64,000 nt of DNA from Fimicolochytrium jonesii. Taxonomy: Eukaryota. A program made the position numbers and the translations under genes. The stretch is taken from NCBI RefSeq assembly GCF_025526975.1, contig NW_026515670.1, forward strand, positions 1,054,001-1,118,000, read 5' to 3'. The notes below the pieces were generated by a model. It did no database searches. It was not told the origin of the DNA and saw only the letters and a program-made list of their open reading frames with translations. Below are positions 1-11,933 of this stretch, one piece after another. Positions within the stretch are counted from its first letter, which is position 1. Every line of letters begins with the position of its first letter.

Positions 1-276
1 ATAGAACATGGAGAGTAGCGGCCCAAAGTGCCCATCCTGAGTCAAGCGAGCAATGCCCCGACCAGTCCAGGACATCCAACACAGTTGCCAGAAAGAAAAT
101 GCGACCTATCACCCCATCTATTTGGGCAATTCTCGAAAGCACAGACAGCGGGCCAGCCACTATGTACATACATCCACACTTCTACGAACCAGGTATATAA
201 GCGAAGATCGCTTTTGGTAATGAGCTTGAACGCCCGTCAAAGCGGCTGAAAAGGCCGCAAACAACGCGCGGTACAC

Positions 277-1468
277 TCATATTTTGATTTCGCTTATCCC
301 TTCCGCTTCCAAGACGGAGTCTAATATCCGCGACAGGCGGGTTTGCGATGGAGACCGACTAACGGGCGATGGTCCTGCTGTCAAAAACGTCCCAGTACCG
401 CTCGACGACGAGGATGTCAGCGAGCGCGGTGATGGTGGGTGAAGAGGTGGGGAAGATGGTCTGAACAGTGGTGCCTTATGCTGCTGTGCGAAGTACACCC
501 GTCGTAGGTGGTACTTGACGACTCGTATCAGCAGGTCTGGGTTGAGCGGTTTCCCGACCACCGAGTCCATGCCTATCGAGAGGTAGTGTTTGCGGTGATG
601 CGCCTGCGCGTTGGTTGTGCATGCGATGATGGGTATACCCACGTTTGAAGGCAGGACGGCTTCGTGGGTGAGGTCGGCATTGGATGGGATGTGGTGGAGG
701 GTGACGGCTGAGGACTCCCGTACGAGATCGGGCTCGGTTTCGCTGTCGTCGCAGTGGTAGATTGGGTATTCGACGCGTTGTGGTTCGGTGGATGGAGGTG
801 TTACGGGTGATGGTAGGCCTTTCCGTATCCGGACCGTTGCCTCCATGCCGTCCATAATGGGCATCTCAATGTCGAGAAGGATCTACAAGGGGAAGGTGAT
901 AGGTCAGGGGTAGTGTTCTGAGCGATCATCCAATGCCATTGTTTTCCGAATACATACTGTGTCATATTGAGTGTGTGCCAAGGCATCGATGAGCGTTTTA
1001 CCATTCTCGAATATATCTTCTTCTTGGACTACGATCCCCAACAATCGTTTTAGGTGCTTGCATATTATCTTGGAGTTCTGATGAAAGGAAGAATGCACAG
1101 TATGAGCTACAAGATCTCCAAATCTGCCCGCGCGTTCACCCTTCCAGATCAACAAACAATGTACCCACGATGAAATTGTCATCAACAACAGCCACTCGGA
1201 AGGAGCTCCAATCGAGATCTTCTGCGTCCTGCCCATCGAGCACAGACAGCTCTGGCGAACTATCGCCCCCGTCGCTCGGAGAAGGCGTGCAGATCCCAAA
1301 CGGCCCACGATGATTGCCCACAGGCGTCTGGGGAGCCAGACTCTCGAAGTCCTCCTCGGACACCAAAGTGAGCTGTCGTGACCTAGCAAAGTAGTCGACG
1401 GTGTGATCGGGTGCTGCCTTCTCGGCAGGTATAATGCAGTTCTCAACGATGCTGTGGAATCCCGTCAT
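277..1468 (-). CDS. Stand-alone two-component response regulator (receiver domain), 3 exons
   Basis: Splicing out introns 1078-1168 and 883-957 gives RVAVVDDNFI/NSKII...QYDT/ILLDIEMPIMDGMEAT...IPIIACTT...VVGKP. The acidic pair, phospho-Asp, Thr and Lys are all present. ATG at 1468 is the inferred start. Confidence 0.85.
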
Positions 1469-4400
1469 GCTCGAGGTGGATAGGTGCAGCCTTCGGGCGG
1501 CGAACGCAGTGGAGTAGATCGCTGGGTTGCAACCCAGTAGAGCGGAAACTACGTCCGCCTTTTTAGCGCGTCCAATTTTACACTTTCGACCGCGGACAGC
1601 ACACGACCGCTTCGGGTTATATCGCAAGCCGCTTTCAGAGTCCGAGTCGATTGTTCCTCGGGGGCGGGGTTGGGTTCTGGGTTTATGAATAGTGTTGATC
1701 TAGCTGTTTTTCGTACGGATAACCGAAAGTAGGGTCTGTTTCGGTAAGGGGTGTCCGAACGAGGACCTGAATTTGGCAGGGAAACAGGCGTAAACGCCTT
1801 TGCGTTCCAGGCCGTGGGAGGTGGCTTGTGGTTGAATCCAGAAACTGTGCGAACCGGCGTAGAACAGCCGAGGACGGTGAGGAAGGTTCAGGCGGGGCAG
1901 CTTATGTTGAACACTGGTTTGTGCTAGGCCCGGTTCGGCGTAGTATGACAGGCAGTAGGTTCAGCAAGGGTGGTCCGTCCGTCGTTGAGGAATGGCGGGC
2001 GAAATGTCGTGTTGGTATGTGTGTAGCAAAAGCAGGTAGTCGACCAGAAGGGTATCTCCACGAGGGAAGAGGGTTTGCCGTTATTCGAGGTCTCGTTGAA
2101 GAGCAATACGAGTATTGTGAGGTAGGCCGTCCCATATATGTACACATATATAAGCGGGGAAGGGAGGCAGGCAGGACGACAGAAAAAGGGTGGGGCGGTC
2201 TTTTTTGCAGCCTCCTCCCTGATATGGGCTTCCATGCAGATCGTTGCTGTTTCGACATATGTGTCCTGGTATCTGTTCCGTGGGATATCTCCACCGGCCG
2301 CATCATTGCGCGTTACGGGGCATGGGGGCCATCGCGGGGGGAGAAAGACATCGGGCGCCGAACGGCGGAGGACCTGCGATCGACAATTCCAGACAAAGCG
2401 TCACATTGGAGGCGCCGCCGGTATTGCTCATAAGACACGCTCCGGCTCCACGGTGTTGGGCTGGGATCGACATAATGGTATGTATACTGTATGAATGAAG
2501 TTCCTTACGCGCAGCTCAGCGGAGGAAGCCAATCTAGAACATTTCTAGCCCGTAACCTTAATTTCTCCCATGTCTCCCGCCCGGACTCTCCCCTAATATC
2601 AGCAGAGCCTGACCTAAGCATTTTTCCGTTGTTCTTGGAATGTGCCAATTTGCCAAATATTGCCAAGATCCTGGACTCGGCGTCATGGAGTGACGCGGTC
2701 TGGGATTTCGTTCCTTTCAACGGCGATCTCCTATTGAACTATCGAAGGCTTATGCCGAAGGCGGTTGTACTGTGCAGTACGTGTCTGAGGCTCCATTCAC
2801 TCCTCGAGCGGCGGATCGTTATAACCCTTCAAATGGGCAGGTCCGCTGCAGGGTACTCGCTGCAGGGTATACTGTGAAGTAAGGGCACTTCCTTGAGGGA
2901 CACCGACCCTGGCAGGATTATCTTTCGCCTTCCGTGTGGGTGTATGTTGAGTGGATGTAAGAGTTCGGATTGGGAGCGCTGGGGCCGTAATCGCGATGAT
3001 CCCATCTGTTCCCCTGGTGATGATGAAAGACAAAGAGAAGCTCTGGAGATGCGGTCCAATGCTCAAGGGGCTATCTCATAACGCTCATTGGTGCCTCTGC
3101 CCATGATTTTGCAATCCTTGTCCGATATGTTCGGCGTACGAATGTTGGTCTGCTGCTGAAAATGTTTTATTAACAGATGTGATGTGGCCGATGACCGATG
3201 TTTTGCTTTCCGAAAATGGCCCTTCGACTGCTGCCTTTCATAGACCGCAGTCTCCACGCGCCGGATTCAGCGATGGACTCGCCTGCCCACCTTCAACGGC
3301 AAAATACCTTCGTGGAGTGCCGCAAGGCCGGGATTCAGGCGGCTAGAGGCGGGTTCTTCTCATGAGGAAGTGTGGGGATTTTCAATTCTGTGGAGTTTCA
3401 TGCATATATCGACGGTAATGGAATTTTATTCATAAACATTTGCCAAAGTGCAACGGAAACTCGTAAAACATATTCTGAGGTACACCACGAACGAAAACAA
3501 AGACACAAAAAATCCTCACGCCGCAATGGAAAAGCTAACAGTTCTAATTTACGTCCCTAACGATCAGACACCCCGAAGGAAGTATGGTGATCTCACTGGT
3601 TACGAAAGCCGGACTTGTCGGAGTAAGAGTTGCCGTTGGGGCTGGTGTAAGTGGCGTTTCCCGTGCTGAACTCGTGGTGGGTACTTCCGTTCGAATTAGA
3701 GTAGCTGTTGTCAGGTTTACAGTAGTGGTAGGAGTTCTGGAAGGGGAGTCGTTGCCCTGTGGTTGCCCTGGAGTAGTGGTTGCCCTGTTGTGAGAGATAT
3801 GGTTAGTCTTCGGTCGCCGGCTGTTGGTTCCGGAGCCCTTGTACAGTAGTCCTAGAAGCCACCCGAGTTTCCTCCCTTGTTGACTGGACATACTTGTTTT
3901 GTAGGTTTGTCGTGAGCGGATGGGTTATGCAGTTCCCAAGATGCGGTTGCGGTCCTCTCTCGGACATCTCCTTGGGTGATGGACACGAATACGGCTTGCA
4001 CCGCGTTCCTTCGCATTGAATTCCTGAGACAAGGCGAGGCAACCCCAACCGCTCTCAACCTCGCCGGTTTCTTGTAGTGGATCTGGAGTGGAGTCGAGTG
4101 GAATGCTAGTGATGCCGTCACGGTGGGGAAGACAAGTGAAACCCAGCCAGGCAGGCAGCATATCAGAGCCGACGTCGTTGCGCCCAAGACGTTGCCGAAC
4201 GACATCTTGCCCATCTTGGGACTCATAATAGGAAGTGTCTCACGCCAGCTCCATACATAACTGACGTCTGTGTTGTTCAAGATGCTGTGGTTGCATAACA
4301 ACACTCTCCTCTCCAGATCCCAATTTCTTTCTCGTCTTCTGGGATTTCAGTTACCGTGCGGCATGTGATTCGACACTCAAGTCATTAGAGCCAAAATTCC

Positions 4401-5663
4401 CAGCATCGTATTTGGTGCCACAGAGGTGAATGCTACCCTCAACCGGGAAAGCATGGATGATGGAGACGTTCAGAAGAAGCAACTAGGGAAGCTCTCACGG
4501 CATGGGCATAGAGATTTGACACCAAGGTGGATGGGTAATCTCAACCTCCACGATCGTATGCAGACGGGCCCTCACGCGTGCACGCATAGCGATAAAACCA
4601 TGGAAAAGGTTCTGCGTCGGGCGCTTTACGCTTATCTCCCAAGAAGGATCAACAAAATCGCACAGAAGAGGTCATGTGGAGGCGCTACCAGTTCCTGCCA
4701 GCCCTTCCGCGCACATTGCTTGCGGGGATCACACGAAAGTATGCAGCTAGCGGGGCAATTACCTCTTTGGAGAAGATGTGGGGACAGAAAACGTACATCA
4801 GCCCAAAGCTGAAAGGCTTACGGCTTAGTGCCAGAGCATAACGAGCGCAACCCCTGCGACTGTGAACGTGGCAACCAGTCGTATCCGGAGCGCGGGGACT
4901 TTGGGTGTGGCGCCACGGGAGCATGCAGAACATGCGGGTATCCCTATCAGTGCTTATCTGATGAAAAACGCGTTTGTGGCTGCCAGTGTTGTGGTGGAAG
5001 CCAATGCGAATGCCCTTCGCATTCGCCCACCGCTGGTGCGATAAGACCCGCTCAACGGACATCCGGAAAGGCTGACATGACGCGACCTCGGAGCTAGCAA
5101 AAGGTCTCTTGCATTACTTGTGCGGAAAGGACGCATTTTACTGTGATGTCGTAATAGATGGACAAGTTCCAAGTTCAGGGCTCACAATGAAGCACAGATC
5201 GGCGTTGAGATTGGAGTTTGGCCACCTGTTTCAATCCTCTCATCGAACGGCATGGATGTAAGAGGATGGTGGAGGTTTAGGCTGACCTTCGCAGCGCAGT
5301 CTCGGTTCTTTGCGATGTGCAGACTCGTCGGTTATCGTGACCCGCGAATTGTTCTCGAACGATGAGAGATCGGAACGTGAGAAGCCCCCTCCGCTCGTAC
5401 TCCGGCAAGCGCCATCATTGGCGGCGCGATTAGATTTCTCCCGAAAAGCAGATCGGACACCCGGAATAAACCTCCTCAAACCCCACGCCATGTCCTATAT
5501 AGCCTTCTGCAGCAGTCCAACGACAGTAATGCAAGGACGGAGCACCCTTCGCCAACGGAACCATGTCCGTCGGCCGCCTGGCGGTCAACGATTTTCGCTC
5601 TTCACTCTCCTCCCGCTTACTCGGAAAGTTTTCGGTGCACCATCGCCATACTCCGCGCACCTC

Positions 5664-5713
5664 ACCGAGCTCCAGCGACCTCAAATAAACCGAGCTCCAG
5701 CGACCTCAAATAA
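5664..5713. repeat. Perfect 25-bp tandem duplication
   Basis: accgagctccagcgacctcaaataa occurs at 5664-5688 and 5689-5713, followed by an A-run. Confidence 0.9.
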
Positions 5714-7136
5714 GGAAAAAAAAAATGTCGCTCAGCATGCTTTCCAGTGCTCAACTCTTGGTGCCAGGAATAAAGTTTTGAGACGGGTCCCAAGCGCACG
5801 ACAGCTGTGATATACCGGCAGGTCCGGCACCGATGCCATTCTTGCGCGATGACCTTCAACACCCCGAGCTAGCTACGTCCGATCAGCCAGTCTCACGGCG
5901 ACACCACCGTCCCATGTCCAGTCCCCGCTCGAAAACCACATCGAGACTTACCAGTCGCGAACGCTTGCCCCATACGTCGTCAGAAGTTTAACAAGACCTG
6001 GATGAGGGGACACCTCACGAAGACGAACTTGTTGATTGTTCTCGCCCGGTCTGTACAATCAAAGTGAAACGCACTCGACAAGCGTACCTCGAATCCTTGG
6101 CATAAGCACGCAGAAGCGTGCTGGATGACATGCCCCGAAGCCGGCTGCGGCAAACGCCTCCCGAAGTACCTCATGTACAAGCACATGGACACTCACAACC
6201 AGTTCCGTAACCTGTGAACTCGTTCCAGGCGTGAACTCTTTCTCGAAGACCTATAATGCGAACAATGAAGGACCTGCCGCTTTGCGCTACGCTGGAGAAA
6301 GGGTGCGTCGGTTTTGTGAAGACCGAGGACTTCAATGGATTCACCACGGGGTTGGGCGCCTGGATGTTTGAATGTACACCATTACCCCCAGTTAGGTGGT
6401 GCACTACCGGGACGGTAACCCCAGTAGCAATCGAATCGACAATCTCAAGGGCATGAGCAGGATGGATAAAGACTAGTTACGGCTGCAGGAAGATGGTCGC
6501 ATCCACCCCCACAACGACGCGGCCCAGAGCCAGGGACACCTCTGGTTTTCGGAGAGTGATGATACCGAGGATGAGACGGGTTCTGAGGATAAAATGGGAA
6601 TCGAGAATGAGGATGAAGCGTTGGCAGCATAGTTCGTGTAGGCCTGATAGCGATTCGTGAAAGGAAATCTTGGCGCTTGAATGAGATGTGATTGATGCGC
6701 TACTATTGATAACTGTCTGATGTTTCGAATAGGATTGCCATCGATTTCCATCACTCAAAAGAACACCCACAGCAAAATGGAGCAGTTGCCAAAATAATGT
6801 TCTCGAAAGCCTCGATGAAGCTGCTTGCTGACAATTTCCAATGATCTATGCTGGGAATTCGCGGGCCGTAGCTTCGCCCTGTATATATAGAGTTCCTATC
6901 TCGGTATGTCGAAGTCGCGGCCCGCCCGGCGTGAATCTACAAGTGGTACTACCGAGTCAAGGAGAGAACGCGTGCTCGGTACCGCAGAGCTTCGCTTCGA
7001 GAGTTACAGAGGTGTGCAAGTGATTGTCGCCTGAAGTAGTATATTAGGGATCAGATACACAACGGATATGCCATTCGGAAAAGTAAACGCACCAATTACC
7101 TGAATTCCTCCTTTCGAATGTCCCATACTTCCCCTC

Positions 7137-7388
7137 CTATCGCTTCTTATCATCCTTCTTCCTGAACGAAAATGGCTTCCTCGTAAACGCAAACTCCCCC
7201 AGCTTCCGCCCCACCATCTGCTCCGTCACGAATACTGGCAGGTAGGAGTTCCCATGGTGCACCAGGAACTTTTTGTTGATGTGCGAGGCGAGGATGGTGC
7301 TGGAGCGTGCTTGTGTTTTTATGGGCTCGTTGCCGGCGACTTTAGGCATGGGCACGAAGAAGGGACCCTTCCACTTTGCTCGGACCAT
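7137..7388 (-). CDS. RSM19: Mitochondrial ribosomal protein uS19m
   Basis: MVRAKWKGPF...ARSSTIL...VHHGNSYLPVFVTEQMVGRKLGEFAFTRK carries the S19 signature. 83 aa from ATG 7388. Confidence 0.93.
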   Translation of the reverse strand: MVRAKWKGPFFVPMPKVAGNEPIKTQARSSTILASHINKKFLVHHGNSYLPVFVTEQMVGRKLGEFAFTRKPFSFRKKDDKKR

Positions 7389-7617
7389 GTGCTGAGGCTG
7401 TTTGTGGGCGGTTTGTGAAGCTGGCGTGGGAATGCTGCACAGGCATGGAAGTGGGGAACTTGCCATTTCCGCCGCCTGCGCCACGCACCCACCACGGCAA
7501 TTCGCGTCAGGACGCGCGCGACGCCAATTCGCCCATGTCCGAAGGATGGGAAGAACATCGAGGTGGAATCGACCTTCGAAGTTGTGGAAAGCTATCAATG
7601 CCAAAGGAACAATAACG

Positions 7618-8573
7618 ATGGCAGCACAAGCATATAGTAAGTCCTCACGCATTCGCTCGGGTTCTCTTGGTACAATGTACTTACTCTCCTTGTCTTGTCA
7701 TTATCAGACTCGGGCTTCCACCAACTCTTCTCAAAGTACGATGGCGCCGAAGCGAATTTCAAAAACGGCCTCGACGTAACCTCAACAATAGCCTTCGACC
7801 TCGCCGACTCCCTCGCCCACGGTTCCATCGACATCCCAAAAGCCGCAACCCCCGAATTCCAACTCAAAGCCCTCGAAAATTCCGTCAAAAACTACATCCG
7901 CCTCTCAGCGACAACAAAACTGCAACGCGACGTCCTCGCTGAGCTAAACACGATGCTCGTGAATGGCGATGAGGGCGTGGATAGGGATGTGGTTAAGACT
8001 TTCAAGCGGATGTATGAGGAGAAGCTGACGGCGTGGGAGGCACTGAGCGATGCGGAGAAGTATCATAAGGAGGAGGAGTATGTGGAGTTCAAGAGGAAGT
8101 TGTGGGAGAAACGGTTCCCGAATAAGCCGTTTAGGATTGATCGGGATGCGCCGGAGGAGGGGGATGACGGCGGAGACGATGATGATCTGGAGATTGCCAT
8201 TGTTGGGGGCAATCAGAATTTGTTGTGTCCGCTCACGGTGAGTTATCCGAGATCTGTGACATGTGGTTGATGTTCCACCCCATTAAGAGGATCACTCAAA
8301 CCTTTCTGCATCCAACAGCAATCACTCCTTCGCGAGCCCGTGACATCCCAAGTCTGCAAACACTCCTACTCCCGCGAAGCTATCCAACAACACATCCGGA
8401 TACAATCGCGGGGCAACCAGCGCGCCGAATGTCCCGTCGCAGGCTGCAAGCATTACATTGCATCAAGAGACCTGAAACAAAACAAGGAACTAGCGCGACT
8501 CGTGAGCAGAAAGGAGGCCCAGTCGCGGATGGAGAGAGAGGTCGAGGACGACGAGTATGTCGTTATGCATTGA
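7618..8573 (+). CDS. NSE2: SUMO E3 ligase of the Smc5/6 complex (SP-RING), 3 exons
   Basis: Introns at 7637-7707 and 8238-8318. An N-terminal helical region is followed by DDDLEI...CPLT/QSLLREPV...CKHSYSREAI...CPVAGC. Confidence 0.88.
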
Positions 8574-8694
8574 GGTTTTATGAAATCTCTGCAGGCAGGC
8601 CCGGAAGGGATGCGCCAATCATGCGCCTTGCGTACATCACTTCCCTTCACTGTACATATCTATCATAATACCATCGATTCCCACCCACGTTGTG

Positions 8695-10164
8695 TCATCT
8701 AAAACCCGCAATGGAGGTTTTCCGTGACCTCTGTGCGGCAGCGTCCTGCGCCCGATCCCATACCCCCACGCCCGTAGGTGCATTCCGTAGTTCAGGCTCC
8801 CCCTGATATTCTGGGACATCTTTCGCTACAAATACTACTTTCCGTGAGAATGTCTCGATGGCTTCTTCGATTTCCTTCAGTTGAGCTTCGATTATTGCTT
8901 TCCGGCGCTGCATTCCGAGCGTTTCGGTTACTACCGGAAATCGCGCTAGTTGGTCCATAAGTTGGTCTTGTTCTAGGAAGAAGGGAAGGGTATAGATTTT
9001 AGCTCAGAGCGACTGGGCTGATGGATTTGATGGTCACGTACTTTGTCGAAGTGAACGCAGCGTGCGCTGTTTGTCTTCGTCCGGAACGACTAACCAACAT
9101 AAAGAAAGTCAGATTTCCCTTGAGCACACTCTTCAGTCCGCTAAGTTGAGCCTACCCATCATCCCCGGTGGTATCCTACGAAACGATTGCGTGTAAGTGA
9201 GGACAACCCATAAACTCGCCCCAGAGCCCAGAATCGCACACCGCACGAACGTACTTGTCCTCTTCCAGCTTATTTAACCTATCCAACTCTTGTTGCGCCC
9301 ATTCCATCTTCCGGTTCACCAGACTGGTAGGGCGAAATCAGCAACGCGGGTGTGTGAACGATAAGCGACGTTAGGGAATACGCACTATTTCGGAATCTCC
9401 CCATTTCGAGTTTTGCGTTCTACCACGTGTGGTTCCGCTGCTGGTGGTGCTCGCTGTGAGTGAGAAAGCGACGTTAATTTTCATTTTACTTTCGGATGCC
9501 TATCTTCCGTTGCGACAAACGTACCGGTTCGGCTTTCTTCGCTTTCGTGGAATTGATGCTGATATAGTTTTTTGACGATGTTGACTGGAGAGATGGCTGG
9601 CAATTAGCCCCAAACGCCCCTTCCCCAAGTCCATCCAGACTACGCGTGAATTTCGAATGTCCACCTTTCCCGAATTTGCTGTCGAAGGCCGCGAACCTTC
9701 CGGCGATGGCTCAGCAGGGGTTCCCGGCGCCTAACAAGAATCAAGAACATCTTACACTCCGTCAGTTCGCCATCCTTCCATCCCATCCGTGCGAAGCGAT
9801 CCACAATCCTCACACTCGTCCGACGCGTATTCAGCTTCGCAGGCACCGACTCGAATCGTTTCAGTTTAAACGGTTCAGGCGGCGGTATCGCTGCTTCTAC
9901 CAGTTTCGCTTTATTGGCTTTTTCCAAGTCTTTCAGGCGTTGGCGGTTGACTTTTCGGTGGTCTTTCGGTGTACCGCCTAGGCGTTCGATGTCGTCCCTG
10001 AGGTCGGAGAGGGGTTTAGAAAACATAACAGTAAAGGAAGCGATTTCGGAGGGCCCTGCGGAATTTGGACGGCGTGCCCACCGTATTCCCCGTGATGGCT
10101 GCAGGAGCATCGAGACGGCTGTTCCGGCCATCTGGCGGAGGTGCGTTTTCCTTGCCTCTCCCAT
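8695..10164 (-). CDS. Enkurin-domain protein (ENKD1-like, cilium/basal-body associated), multi-exon
   Basis: Exon pieces PKDHRKVNRQRLK, GEIPKYLVNRKMEW, IPPGMM and RRKAIIEAQLKEIEEAIETFSRKVVFV match the recalled enkurin/ENKD1 pattern. Internal exon borders are approximate. Confidence 0.8.
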
Positions 10165-11933
10165 GTTTATCTCTTACGACGCTGAGGACTCAATAAAAGT
10201 ACCGGTACAGTGGGAGTGCTTGGGGTGTCGGTGGCTTCAAATCGCTGCCCAGCGGAGACTTTCGCGAAGGCTGCTGACGGCTGAACGCAGGTTCAAGTGT
10301 GACGACGCGATGTCCGAAACTCGAAGATGAAATCCCTCAAAAACTTGGTTCACTTACCATTCGCATGGAACACGCCGAGGAGCCGTCCGTTTACTCATGC
10401 TGGCGCTTCGCAGCGTACTGTACGTGCCTCCTCCAGGGAGGGCGGTGGTCGGACTGGGCCCGATATTACCTGTCGCCAACTTGCATCACGCAAGTGATTT
10501 TGATCCCACCACCGAGTCCTGACTGTCAACGGCGGCAACGGGAGAACATCGAGGAGGTCACTCGGAAAAACTAATCGTGGTCACCGTAGGTCCTTTTCGG
10601 GCTATCGTCGCTGGACCGACGTGAGCGTGGAGCCAAGATGACGTCGGAGAGTTGACCGCCTCAACGACCGAACGCGGCTGCGAAGTCCGAGTCCACCACG
10701 CCAATCAATCGACATATCGCATTTGATCGAGGAAGGAGGGCGGCACCTTCAATCTCCGCATCACTCTCCTGCTTGCATATAGGCCCGACCACCGCATAAA
10801 AAGGAATCACGATCGCTGGACCGATGATGTGGTCGGATTCTTTGGATTCATTTGGACAATCCGTTCGTGGAGCGTGATTGCAACAATTCGACGCCGGAGT
10901 GTGTTTTCGGAAACGGACTCGAAGAAGTTCTTTGTTACCCTACATCTGATGCTCTCAGAGATAATTGGATAGTGCGTCAAGGTCGGCGAATGAGGATGCC
11001 TGGGGATAAACACTGAGGAAAACCTCACTGGAACTCCACAACTACCTGTGAGTTGGATAGATTATTGGGACACATCGATAAATGAAGAGAACACTTGCAC
11101 GGAGACCAGATCGAGGAAACCATAGCTGCTGCTCTCGTCCGATTTCAAAGAATCAATTGGACAGGGTCTGCTTTCGTCCGAATTGGATGCACGGCCGAAC
11201 ATTGATAGCGACAGAGCACTTTCGCAATCGGTGTGTGAAGTTTCTGTCGACTACCCCACCTTCTCACATTCTCATACCGTCATGGCTGGCGGGACGTAGT
11301 GTATTCTAGGGTCCTCCGACAACTGCTTGAAGGCACCATTTGTCATGGATGCGACATCACGCAAGCTTATGGACAACGAGACCAACGGCGAGGATAGCAG
11401 TAAATAAATGGGGGCGATGGGGTCCGGATATGCTTGTAGATCATTGTTCCAAAATCACATATTTATGCCATTTTCGGCCATGCCTTATACTCAGAGTAAG
11501 GTCGCTGCAAACAAATACGTACAGAACGTAGGGCAAAAAATTAGTACGTAGTGGTATGAGACGGGCGTTGATGAGCCTGTTTGATGAGTTTGAACTGTGG
11601 AGCAGTTACGTAGTACACCGCGCACGTGACGTGTGGCTTAATAATGAGTTTTTTACGACCGAATCCGAGGGTGCTTCGACTGAGCCAGACTGAGCCGACA
11701 GCAAGACAAATACCCAGCGGGAACCTTTTCAAATGCGCGGAGAAAGAAATTTTTTTCTTCCCCTCCCTCTCTGTCCCTTTCCTTGCTCAGACAAGAGGAC
11801 GGGCAGAAAGGACACGCTTCCCCACCCCCACCCGCTCTTGCATAAATAGGCGCCCCCTCGACGCCCGCCGTCCTTTTTTTCTCTAGCATTCTTGCAGTTC
11901 TCCCTCTAGTTGAACAAACAGAAATCACTCACA

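Noticed and set aside
3544..4304. Thr/Pro-rich and neighbouring minus-strand ORFs as a secreted-protein remnant
   Set aside because: No recognisable domain or coherent splice model. A decayed gene cannot be excluded.
10526..10540. gtcaacggcggcaac as an RFX X-box upstream of the ENKD1-like gene
   Set aside because: Mismatches the consensus and is too short to distinguish from chance.
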